From contig JBGCFQ010000005.1 of assembly GCA_045106985.1 (NCBI GenBank), forward strand, positions 86,700 to 150,699: a DNA stretch of 64,000 nt, written 5' to 3'. Positions 19,444 through 27,441 of the stretch are shown here, piece by piece. The notes under the pieces were generated by a model that ran no database searches, was not told where the DNA came from, and saw only the letters and a list, made by a program, of their open reading frames with translations. Source of the stretch: Pseudomonadales bacterium. Lineage in GTDB: Bacteria > Pseudomonadota > Gammaproteobacteria > Pseudomonadales > JAUIET01. A program made the translations under genes and the position numbers. The number at the start of each line of letters is the position of its first letter. The first letter of the stretch is position 1.

Positions 19444-20276
19444 CGCCAGCGGTGCGGCGTGAGCTCCACGACCATGCCAGACAGGTTTTTGGTATGAGTC
19501 TCAGACGAGCCTGCCGCCTCGTTGGCATCAGTGACTCAGTGTACCGGTATACACCGAACGCGAATCGAGACGATGAAGTGATCGCGGGATTGCAGTCCGC
19601 TATTGAGCGGTATCCAGCGTATGGGTTTCCGAAGCTATTCAAGATACTCAGGCACTGGGGCCACTCCTGGAATCATATAAGAGTACACAGGGTGTATTGC
19701 GAGTTGAATCTGAATAAGCGAAGGCGAGGCAAGAAACGGCTGCCAATCACTCTGGAAATGCCAATAGCCATCAACCGCTGCTGGTCCATCGACTTCATGG
19801 GCGACAGTTTGTACTGCGGCAGGCGTTTTAGGACGTTCAATGTGGTCGATGATTTTGGTAGAGAAGTATTGGCGATAGAGATCGACATAGGCTTGCCTGC
19901 TGAAAGTGTTGTGCGGGTGCTCGAACGAATAGTCGCCTGGCGTGGCTATCCGAGCAAGATGAGGATGGACAATGGTCCGGAGCTAATCTCTACCACCTTG
20001 GCCGAATGGGCTTAAGATCACAGCATTGAACTTGAGTTTATTCAGCCAGGCAAGCCAACTCAGAACTCGTATGTGGAGAGATTCAACCGCACCTATCGAG
20101 ATGAAATACTGAACATGTACGTGTTCAAAACGCTCACAGAAGTGCGCGCAAGAACTGAAGAATGGATGAACGAATACAACGAGGAAAGACCTCATGATTC
20201 ACTTGGTGATCTAACTCCGTTGGAGTTCATGGTCGCCAGCAAACGGCCAGGCAACTCTAATTTAGCGTGCCACTAA
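19431..20276 (+). pseudogene. IS3-family transposase OrfB (DDE) with an in-frame TAA
   Basis: The -1 frame continues from the slippery site. The DDE domain is recognisable (WSIDFMGD, MRMDNGPEL, SYVERFNRTYRDE). A TAA at 20013-20015 (AEWA*DHSIELEFIQPGKP) falls between the second Asp and the catalytic Glu. Confidence 0.85.
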
Positions 20277-20398
20277 AGAAGGGATGGTTACAGTGTGAAG
20301 GTGCGTAGTTTTCGCTACCTTATTTTCTGCAGTTAACACAAGCAACCTGAAAATTTAGGCGCTCTCTTTATAACTTACAAAATGCGCAATAAAACCAG

Positions 20399-22558
20399 TT
20401 AACACCCTAGTCGTGCATTCTTAAGCTGGGTTACTCTACTTTTCTTCGCAAACAAGTCTGCGGGTTTACGAACAACTGGCATTCCCGTCCTTCTACTCCA
20501 TATGACTACCTTATCAGCAAGTGATAATAAGCTTGGATTGTGTGTCACAAAAATACAGGTGATTGGCATAGCTCGAAGTGCATTCATGATCTTTAGTTCG
20601 CTTTCCTTACCAACATGCGCGGTACCTTCATCCAAAAATAGAACCTTCGGTTGCTGGTATAAAGCTCGCGCCATTAGCACGCGTTGTTGCTGCCCAACCG
20701 ATAATGATGTACCCATATCAGTGACCAAAGTGTCAAACGACATCGGCATTCGCTCTATCTCATGCAGTATATCCGCCGCAATACAAACCTGCCGCACGCG
20801 CTTTATGTCGGGCGACAAATCGAAGAATGTTATGTTCTCCAACAAGGAGCCACTGAACAAAGTGTCCTCCTGCATTACTGCGGATATTTGCGCACGATAT
20901 GAACTCATCCCGAGCGATTTCAGATCCATCCCGTCAATCGATATCGATCCAGAACTAGGCTCAGATAAGCCCATAAGTACAGTGAGAAGCGATGTCTTAC
21001 CAGAGCCTGACGCTCCAAATATCGACACGAACTCACCGGCCTCGACGGTCAGGTTTAAGTCCGAGAATATGAGCGGATCGTTATTCGAGTATCTATAACT
21101 CAGGTCGCTAACTTCTATACTGCCTTCAATAGGTAGCAACAGTTTGGATTTACGGTCCGAACCTACTTCCTTCTCGGTTCGAGTGATGTCAGACAATCGC
21201 TCCAGGTGCAGCCCAATCATCAGGTATTCCAGCAATAGATCGACGATAGACGTAAATGACTTACTGAAATGAGCACGGTATGCTATGAATGCAAACAACA
21301 TACCTATTGTCATGCCGCCAGCGAGCACAATTTTGGCGCCTAGATACACAATCAAAATGTACTCGACTCCTTGCGTAACACCGTGCACTGATTCACGGGT
21401 GATATCGAGCCGTTCTACTTTAGCGCCTGTGTCTATAGCTCTAGAAAATTGATTCGCCCATACGGTTTGCCGATCCAACTCTTTGGCAGCCAATTTAACG
21501 CCTTGAACCGACCGAACGGTTTCTATAAAGGTGGACTCCACCTTCGCTTCCGCAACTAAATGTTCCATGTTTGCTGCACGGAGGCTCCTAAACTGAATTA
21601 TCCTGAACGCAGAGTATAGCAATGCCGCAATAATGACGACGGATGCTAGCTTGGCCGAATAGAAAAACATTAAGGCAATTGTTAGAAGAGCGAGCAATCC
21701 GTCGATGATTCCTGAGATGAACCCATTGGTCAGGAAATCCTGCAGTGGTTTGAGCGAACCGACTCTGGATATAAGGTCGCCAATGTGTCGCTTCTTAAAA
21801 TAATCCAGTGGCAGTCGCAGCAGGTGGTGCAACACGCTGTTGCCCATGTTGAAACTGAGCTGATTTGAAATAAACAGGTTGGCGTAGCTCCTAACGGCCG
21901 TCGTCAGTACATTGATGAGTGTTACCGCCAGAAATCCGAGGGCCAATATTGTTACTAGGTCCTTATCGTTCTTTGAAAGTACTTCATCCACGACAACCTG
22001 CATATAGAACGGCATGGAAAGTGCAAATATCTGTACTAGAACCGAAAGAACCAAGACAAGCACTAAAGAGGAACGAAGACCTGCAGTTTGCCCCCAGAAC
22101 GCCAGTAAGCTCAACTTCTTTGAATTATCTTCTTGGCGAAACTCTTTTCTGGGCGCGAGCTCTAGCGCTACACCAGTGAAATGTTTGCTGAAATCGTCCA
22201 AAGAATAGCGTCGAACCCCGACGGCAGGATCGTAAATTTCGATTTGATTAGAGCGAGCTTTCGACAGCACCACAAAATGATCGAAATCCCAGTGTATGAT
22301 TGCGGGCAACTTCAGTTGACCAATGGCCGTCAAGTCCACCTTTACGGGTCTGGCTGTTAAGCCAATGGACTCGGCCAAGCCCATGATTGAGCGCAGGTTG
22401 GCGCCACTGGAAGAGATACCCATGGTTCGTCGGGCATCAATCAAGTCATTGTGCTGGCCGTAATAACTGGCAACCATCAAGACGCAGGCGAGACCACATT
22501 CAGCGGCTTCACTTTGCATGCAAAGGTTGATTTTCCCCGTACGAGAACCATTTGCCAT
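20399..22558 (-). CDS. peptidase C39 domain-containing bacteriocin/microcin ABC exporter (CvaB/LagD type)
   Basis: The N-terminal C39 domain has an intact Gln/Cys (QSEAAECGLAC), His (HWDFDHFVVL) and Asp (IYDPA). Then a six-helix TMD, Walker A GASGSGKTS, signature LSVGQQQR and Walker B VLFLDEGTA. Its start overlaps the HlyD stop (TAATG). Confidence 0.92.
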   Translation of the reverse strand: MANGSRTGKINLCMQSEAAECGLACVLMVASYYGQHNDLIDARRTMGISSSGANLRSIMGLAESIGLTARPVKVDLTAIGQLKLPAIIHWDFDHFVVLSKARSNQIEIYDPAVGVRRYSLDDFSKHFTGVALELAPRKEFRQEDNSKKLSLLAFWGQTAGLRSSLVLVLVLSVLVQIFALSMPFYMQVVVDEVLSKNDKDLVTILALGFLAVTLINVLTTAVRSYANLFISNQLSFNMGNSVLHHLLRLPLDYFKKRHIGDLISRVGSLKPLQDFLTNGFISGIIDGLLALLTIALMFFYSAKLASVVIIAALLYSAFRIIQFRSLRAANMEHLVAEAKVESTFIETVRSVQGVKLAAKELDRQTVWANQFSRAIDTGAKVERLDITRESVHGVTQGVEYILIVYLGAKIVLAGGMTIGMLFAFIAYRAHFSKSFTSIVDLLLEYLMIGLHLERLSDITRTEKEVGSDRKSKLLLPIEGSIEVSDLSYRYSNNDPLIFSDLNLTVEAGEFVSIFGASGSGKTSLLTVLMGLSEPSSGSISIDGMDLKSLGMSSYRAQISAVMQEDTLFSGSLLENITFFDLSPDIKRVRQVCIAADILHEIERMPMSFDTLVTDMGTSLSVGQQQRVLMARALYQQPKVLFLDEGTAHVGKESELKIMNALRAMPITCIFVTHNPSLLSLADKVVIWSRRTGMPVVRKPADLFAKKSRVTQLKNARLGC

Positions 22559-23817
22559 TAGCTTGTTCTCCCGCGTAAGTTGTAGAAGGGCTCAAGCAAC
22601 CACTGCGCTAGACTGCGACTCTCGAGTATTATGTCAGCCTGAAAAGCCATACCCGAGCGCAATGACCTCTCGGTTCCTAACACAGACATGGTTTTGGCGC
22701 GCAGCTTAGCCTTCGCTACATAAACAGAACCCTGTACCTGCATTGGTGAAAGTAGATCGTTGCCTGTGATAGGTGCTTCGGAAATTGAGCTAATTTCGGC
22801 CGGGTGGGTACCAAACTGTTGGTGTGGAAATGCGTCGAATCGAACCCGAATAGTCTGGCCTACCTCTACAAAACCAATCGCGGAACTTGGCAGTAGTAGC
22901 ACGCCCTCTATATCAGAACCCACAGGCTCTATGGATACCAGTGGCTTGTTGACAGCTATTGATTGGCCTAATTCGTACTGCAGGCTTACGACACGACCAT
23001 CGACCGGCGCTACAATAAGCTCGTCCTGCCGGTTTATAGACTCGGTTATTCGGTTTGAAATATCAGACAAAGACGTTTCTATTTCCGCTATACCATTTGC
23101 CGTTCTGTCTGGTAGCTGAGCCAGTTGATAGCGAATCGTATTCTGTGATGATTGCAGCTGCAGAACACTCTGCCTGGCCTCGATGAGCGAGCGTTCCTGA
23201 TCCAGATGCTCCGCCTTCGACCGCAGCAATTCAGACTTTGCAATTGCTCCACTGCGTGCGAGTTTTTCTTTTGAGCGACGTAAATCGCTTAAAACTCCGA
23301 CACGTTGTTGTTGTTTGCGCTCGAGAGACTTCTGCAGCTCTATATTCTCCACAGTTTCAGCGAGTTGCTGCTCTAGCCGAACGTGCTCTCTTTCTTTGGC
23401 CACCCGATAACTCAACAGTCTCTGCCGCAGAGTATTTCGCTGCTTTTTCAGCGAGTTGAGTATCTCCTGAGATGCATCTTTGCCACCTGGGAGCAGCTCC
23501 GAATACGACACTATAGCGAGCGGTTGTCCGGCAACAACGTCTTGGCCATTTTCAACCATCATTTTGCGTACAATCGCGCCACTGCTTTTAGATCGTACTA
23601 CCACCAAGCCGGCGTCCGGGTTTAAGTAGCCTGTCACGGTCTGCTTTCGCGCATACTCGCCGGCCCAAAGAAAAATGCCAGCCACTAGAACAATACCAAC
23701 AATAAGAACTGTTAAATACGTTAGGCCAATAGGCTGAACCCTGGTTGTGTCGCCATAGAACTTCTGCGATGCGTATTGTAACGATTCCGCTCGAAATAGA
23801 TTGCTAACAACACTCAT
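22558..23817 (-). CDS. HlyD-family periplasmic adaptor (CvaA type)
   Basis: N-terminal FRAESLQYASQKFYGD, one TM helix, a long coiled coil, and beta-barrel and lipoyl-like segments. I prefer the start at 23817 (AAGGAGG 6 nt upstream); it forms an ATGA overlap with the upstream gene. The track ORF runs to 23868. Confidence 0.9.
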   Translation of the reverse strand: MSVVSNLFRAESLQYASQKFYGDTTRVQPIGLTYLTVLIVGIVLVAGIFLWAGEYARKQTVTGYLNPDAGLVVVRSKSSGAIVRKMMVENGQDVVAGQPLAIVSYSELLPGGKDASQEILNSLKKQRNTLRQRLLSYRVAKEREHVRLEQQLAETVENIELQKSLERKQQQRVGVLSDLRRSKEKLARSGAIAKSELLRSKAEHLDQERSLIEARQSVLQLQSSQNTIRYQLAQLPDRTANGIAEIETSLSDISNRITESINRQDELIVAPVDGRVVSLQYELGQSIAVNKPLVSIEPVGSDIEGVLLLPSSAIGFVEVGQTIRVRFDAFPHQQFGTHPAEISSISEAPITGNDLLSPMQVQGSVYVAKAKLRAKTMSVLGTERSLRSGMAFQADIILESRSLAQWLLEPFYNLRGRTS

Positions 23818-24641
23818 TGTGCGCCTCCTTCGTACAGCATTTCTGGCACTAAGGGCCAATTGTGCCATTCACTCGGGTAGAGCTTGAGATATCTACCAGC
23901 CGTGTCAATGAGGTCTCGCGCTACCGAATCAAAATAGTCCGCACTGTCTTTAGTGCCTCTTGGCCTTGCAAAACATTGTTGCAGTTCACACTGAATACCT
24001 GAGGGCGAAGATGTGGTGATAAATGGTACTAGCAGGGAATTAGTTATGGAAAAAGCCGTAATATGGGCCTTTACCCATCGAACTCTTCTATTGAGAAGGT
24101 CTGTTTCATAGTAGTCGTTTTGGTCTTTCGGTTGATCATAGAACATAACGACCATCGACTTATTCTGCAGCTCTTTACATACTTGCTGAAAGCTTCGCAA
24201 TCCATTCTGCTCAATGAGTACGACATTAAAAGGTAAGGATTGGATGCTTGTAAGTTGCTCTAGCTGCTTGTACCCCATGCTTTTTGGGTGCACAAGCACG
24301 ACACGCTCGCGTCTAAGCTGAATGGCTAATGCTGTAATAGCTGTGATGTAATCACCCATGTGTATTGTGGCGACGACAATGCCTGCGTCCCTTTTATCGA
24401 TGAATGCGCGCAAACGCTCTATGTCCTGAATTGGTAGCTCATTTGCCTTAAGAACAATGTCTTCCATATTTGCCTTTAGTGTGCTGTCCCAATGTTGATT
24501 AAGGGCTTCCATAGACATTTCCCGGTTTGAAGCGATAAGGTTTGCCATAGTAGGTGACTCTCGTAACATCCATTGCACGCAGTGGGATATCAACTCCTTG
24601 CCTTCGACTGCGCTTATCGCTTGAGAACTGGTGGTTTTCAT
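23814..24641 (-). CDS. divergent LpxL/HtrB-like (lysophospholipid/lipid A acyltransferase superfamily, PF03279-like) protein
   Basis: By-eye alignment to E. coli LpxL: GIVVATIHMGDYITA vs GILLVGIHFLTLELG (the HX4E region); SMVVMFYDQPKD...LVPFIT vs GEVVWYAPDHDY...LVPFVP; C-terminal YLKLYPSEWHNW vs MAPEQYMWLHRRF. No TM helix. The motif reads H-M-G-D-Y-I (consensus HxGNWE), so the catalytic acid is not canonical. Confidence 0.6.
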   Translation of the reverse strand: MKTTSSQAISAVEGKELISHCVQWMLRESPTMANLIASNREMSMEALNQHWDSTLKANMEDIVLKANELPIQDIERLRAFIDKRDAGIVVATIHMGDYITAITALAIQLRRERVVLVHPKSMGYKQLEQLTSIQSLPFNVVLIEQNGLRSFQQVCKELQNKSMVVMFYDQPKDQNDYYETDLLNRRVRWVKAHITAFSITNSLLVPFITTSSPSGIQCELQQCFARPRGTKDSADYFDSVARDLIDTAGRYLKLYPSEWHNWPLVPEMLYEGGAQ

Positions 24642-24775
24642 AATGGCTCTGGATTTGACTGCCTGTGCTTCAAGAGTGGGTTGCTACACCGACACTTACT
24701 TAATGTGTCTTTTTTAGAGCAAGTTTCTCGAGATAGGTCTCAACCTTCAAGTCGCTCGGAAAAGGAAGTCGTTCG

Positions 24776-24806
24776 AAAAAGTATGGAGCCAGGCAAGCCC
24801 AGCCCC
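24776..24806 (-). terminator. candidate intrinsic terminator/attenuator after the peptide gene
   Basis: The minus-strand RNA GGGGCUGGG-CUUG-CCUGGCUCC can form a 9-bp stem (three G-U pairs) with a tetraloop, followed by AUAC-UUUUU. It sits 44 nt after the peptide stop. The U-tract is not directly next to the stem. Confidence 0.3.
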
Positions 24807-24849
24807 ACACAACGTTTACTAATTTTTAGTGAAAAAATCAGTATCGACT

Positions 24850-25011
24850 TTAGTGGTGCTTACGTCTCCACCAGGAGAAAAAGCCTTTAGCTACTTTAAC
24901 GGCAACAACGGCTGCTGCTGCTTTAAATAGGAAAAAGCCGAAAAAGCCACCGCTTACAGCGTCGATTTCTTCTTCGGTCATCGCTTGGATGCCAGGGTTT
25001 TGATCAATCAT
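24850..25011 (-). CDS. double-glycine-leader bacteriocin/microcin-like precursor peptide (53 aa; not in the ORF track)
   Basis: Manual translation gives MIDQNPGIQAMTEEEIDAVSGG/FFGFFLFKAAAAVVAVKVAKGFFSWWRRKHH*. GAGG lies 7 nt upstream of the ATG. The leader fits the LSxxELxxIxGG consensus: G-1, G-2, V-4, I-7, E-8, M-12, I-15. It is first in the operon that ends with a C39-ABC exporter. Confidence 0.75.
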   Translation of the reverse strand: MIDQNPGIQAMTEEEIDAVSGGFFGFFLFKAAAAVVAVKVAKGFFSWWRRKHH

Positions 25012-25368
25012 AATTACACCTCTGTTTAGTTAAATAAATCAAAATTATGCCTCCTAACTATTTAGGCTGCGCAGTGATAGTACAATAAATAGCCAATGAA
25101 AAGACAGTGATGTTGCTACCGAGTATCGATAAAAAAGCCTATATATATAGCCTTTTTACGAAATTCGGTAGATATGAATCGTGAGGGAGAAGTATGGTTA
25201 GATTAGGGCGAAGTGATTACTGAAAGGCGAAGGAGTGTTGAATTAAAATTTACATTCCAATGGCTAAAAATAGACGAGTCAATTTTACAAATTTTCCGCG
25301 AAAAATTGAAATTGGGAAAAACTGTTTCTCATATTGCCCTATTGATGAAACTATTTTTTTTCACTAGT

Positions 25369-26301
25369 TCACTTCAGTCTTTGCACTGTAGAAATATGCG
25401 ACATAGGTTTTCTGTAGATCGAAGGCACTATGCCAACTCTGCTTCGAAAAAGTTCACTGAATCGAGATTGACTTTGATATCCGCATTGCAGCGCTATCTG
25501 ACCAATTGTCAGTTTTGTGTTGTCGAGCAAGTATAATGCGTGCTCTAGCCGAGCCTCATCCTTTATTTCCTGCAAACTTATACCTTCTTTGGCAAGTCTT
25601 CGCCGCATGGTCGACTTGCTCATTGAGAGTTTAGAGGACAGAATATCAACGTTGTTTTCTGCTGAGAAATTCTGGGAAATAATATTTTTCACGCTGTGCT
25701 TCAAAGAGCGTTCAAACATCAACCCTGGTATATCTTGGTAACCTTCTGCGCAAAGAAGGTCTATAACTTCTTTTCGACGATGTGAGTAATCGGCGCTGGG
25801 CGAGCGTGCGGCCCATTCTAAAAATTGTTTTAGGCACATGGCGAACCTGTCGCTAATTGCGCCTTGTACATGATTTAGCATCGAGCTCGAAACACCATAT
25901 TTCTCAGTGCAATCCCTATCCTCAAACTCTATTGCGATTACCATGTGTCTTTGCTCTTCGGTTTTTTCGATAATCTTGAACTCGGTTTTCCGTGGTAGAA
26001 AAAGAAAGCTCCCAGCGGAGCAGATAGTATGTTCTCCGTTATTTATGGAGCATTCGCCAATGAGTACAATAAGAAGTAGGGGTTTGCTGTGAATGGATTT
26101 CTTTTGCCGTATTGAATCGTTCGATGAATACAGGGAGATTGGCGAGCACTCTGTGATGCCGTCCAGTTCCTCAAACGAAGATATCAGGCTAGTTATCGCT
26201 GCGTTTGAATACTCCGATACGACTGGTTGTACTTCTGCTTCCGTCGGTTTCATGTATCTAAGCTTTTCAATTCTCATGTTTTTCGACCTTTCTTCCGCCA
26301 T
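25369..26301 (-). CDS. AraC family transcriptional regulator
   Basis: C-terminal double HTH (STMRRRLAKEGISLQEIKDEARLEHALYLL...IALQCGYQSQSRFSELFRSRVGIVPSIYR) with a cupin-like N-terminal domain. Confidence 0.88.
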   Translation of the reverse strand: MAEERSKNMRIEKLRYMKPTEAEVQPVVSEYSNAAITSLISSFEELDGITECSPISLYSSNDSIRQKKSIHSKPLLLIVLIGECSINNGEHTICSAGSFLFLPRKTEFKIIEKTEEQRHMVIAIEFEDRDCTEKYGVSSSMLNHVQGAISDRFAMCLKQFLEWAARSPSADYSHRRKEVIDLLCAEGYQDIPGLMFERSLKHSVKNIISQNFSAENNVDILSSKLSMSKSTMRRRLAKEGISLQEIKDEARLEHALYLLDNTKLTIGQIALQCGYQSQSRFSELFRSRVGIVPSIYRKPMSHISTVQRLK

Positions 26302-26402
26302 TCATTGGCGGAGCTATTAGGCTCCTTTCAAGAAACTAATTTCGAAAACCTATAACTGGCATTTTTAATGTCCCCCTCAGGCAATTGGTAATGACCTGTA
26401 GG

Positions 26403-27260
26403 TCAGGACCTACCCAAAATTCGTCTTAATTGAGATTGCGCTCGCGTAAATCTAATCTTCGATGCGAATCTTCGGCGCTTTTCGAGTGGGCCGACCCGAA
26501 AAACAAAATGTGCACTACCAATTTGTATCTGATCCATGTCACCAAGATAGGACGACAGCTTTCTGACCCCGTTGACATATATTCCATTAGTAGAGACGAG
26601 ATTAACCATTTTCCATCGCCCTGCAGCGCTGATAAGCTGCGCATGCCGTGTCGATACTGTTTCGTCGTTTATAACTATGTTGCAGGCCTGATCACGCCCA
26701 AGTTCCCACACAGAAACCTTGGGAGCAGTGCTCATTTCCAAATCTATTTGAGACGTCACTGATTGCACACCTAGTCGTATCAAACGGGCAGTGTTCTTCT
26801 TTGGCGCTTGTAATTTATGAAGTGCGAGGTCTACTTCCAAGAAGGAATCAGCGAAGCTGTCGCAAAATACGGTCTCGCCAATACTATTGTGTTGCTTCCA
26901 GCAGCCTGGAATTTGATTGTCAGCCATTTGTGTAGGTAGTAGTGTGTATTCATGCGTTGCAAATCTAAGCACGTCACCTGGGTGCACTCGGCTCTTTGTC
27001 GTCACCGGCTTACCATTGAGGAAAGTAGAATTGCAGGATTTCATATCCTCTAACACTACCAGTCCTTTTCGACAGTACACGCGCGCATGCAAGCGAGAGA
27101 CTGCAGGATCTGCGATAATTAGATCGCAACTCGGTGCTCTACCTACAGAGAGAGTCGACGTTAGCTCGATCTTGAGTCCTTCGAAGTCTATAAGTTGATA
27201 CTCCTCTGTTTCTCTCGATTTGGCACTTACCTTCGAGCCAACTGATATAGGTTTATTCAC
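26403..27260 (-). CDS. protein with two FHA domains
   Basis: FHA1: VGRAPSCDLIIADPAVSRLHARV...STFLNGKPV. FHA2: LGRDQACNIVINDETVSTRHAQL...TNGIYVNGVR. Confidence 0.85.
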   Translation of the reverse strand: MNKPISVGSKVSAKSRETEEYQLIDFEGLKIELTSTLSVGRAPSCDLIIADPAVSRLHARVYCRKGLVVLEDMKSCNSTFLNGKPVTTKSRVHPGDVLRFATHEYTLLPTQMADNQIPGCWKQHNSIGETVFCDSFADSFLEVDLALHKLQAPKKNTARLIRLGVQSVTSQIDLEMSTAPKVSVWELGRDQACNIVINDETVSTRHAQLISAAGRWKMVNLVSTNGIYVNGVRKLSSYLGDMDQIQIGSAHFVFRVGPLEKRRRFASKIRFTRAQSQLRRILGRS

Positions 27261-27441
27261 GTTCTCTCCTTACTTAGTTACTTAAGGTTTCACTTAATGC
27301 GATCTGATGGAGATTCTTACTATTCAGAATAGTCAGTGTGAGCGGAAGTTTATAAAGACTATTGATTGTTACGCGCTTCAGGTTTTCGGTATTAGCCACC
27401 GGCTGCAGCGCTTTGACATTCTCATTAGTGTTTGGGTTACT

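Larger units (their letters stand above)
19102..20292 (+). mobile_element. IS3-family (IS407-group-like) insertion sequence, 1191 bp, transposase inactivated
   Basis: Terminal inverted repeats TGTAACCATCCC (19102-19113) and GGGATGGTTACA (20281-20292). Has orfA, the A_AAA_AAG slippery heptamer at 19431-19437, and orfB in the -1 frame. No matching direct repeats flank it. Confidence 0.85.

Noticed and set aside
20502-21098. 198-aa + strand ORF inside the ABC exporter gene, and similar long antisense ORFs (e.g. 5197..5655, 42407..42991, 36517..36987, 56897..57328, 57861..58310)
   Set aside because: Each lies wholly antisense within a gene that has clear family motifs. These are typical shadow ORFs.
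24700-24812. GTG-initiated ~36-codon minus-strand ORF (MWGWACLAPYFFERLPFPSDLKVETYLEKLALKKTH) in the spacer, considered as a possible immunity or second peptide
   Set aside because: It has no ribosome-binding site and no hydrophobic helix typical of immunity proteins, and it overlaps the hairpin. I cannot support it from sequence alone.
24573-24890. 105-aa + strand ORF from the track spanning the acyltransferase start, the spacer and the 3' end of the peptide gene
   Set aside because: It is antisense to two better-supported minus-strand genes, has no SD and its composition is not protein-like. I treat it as a shadow ORF.
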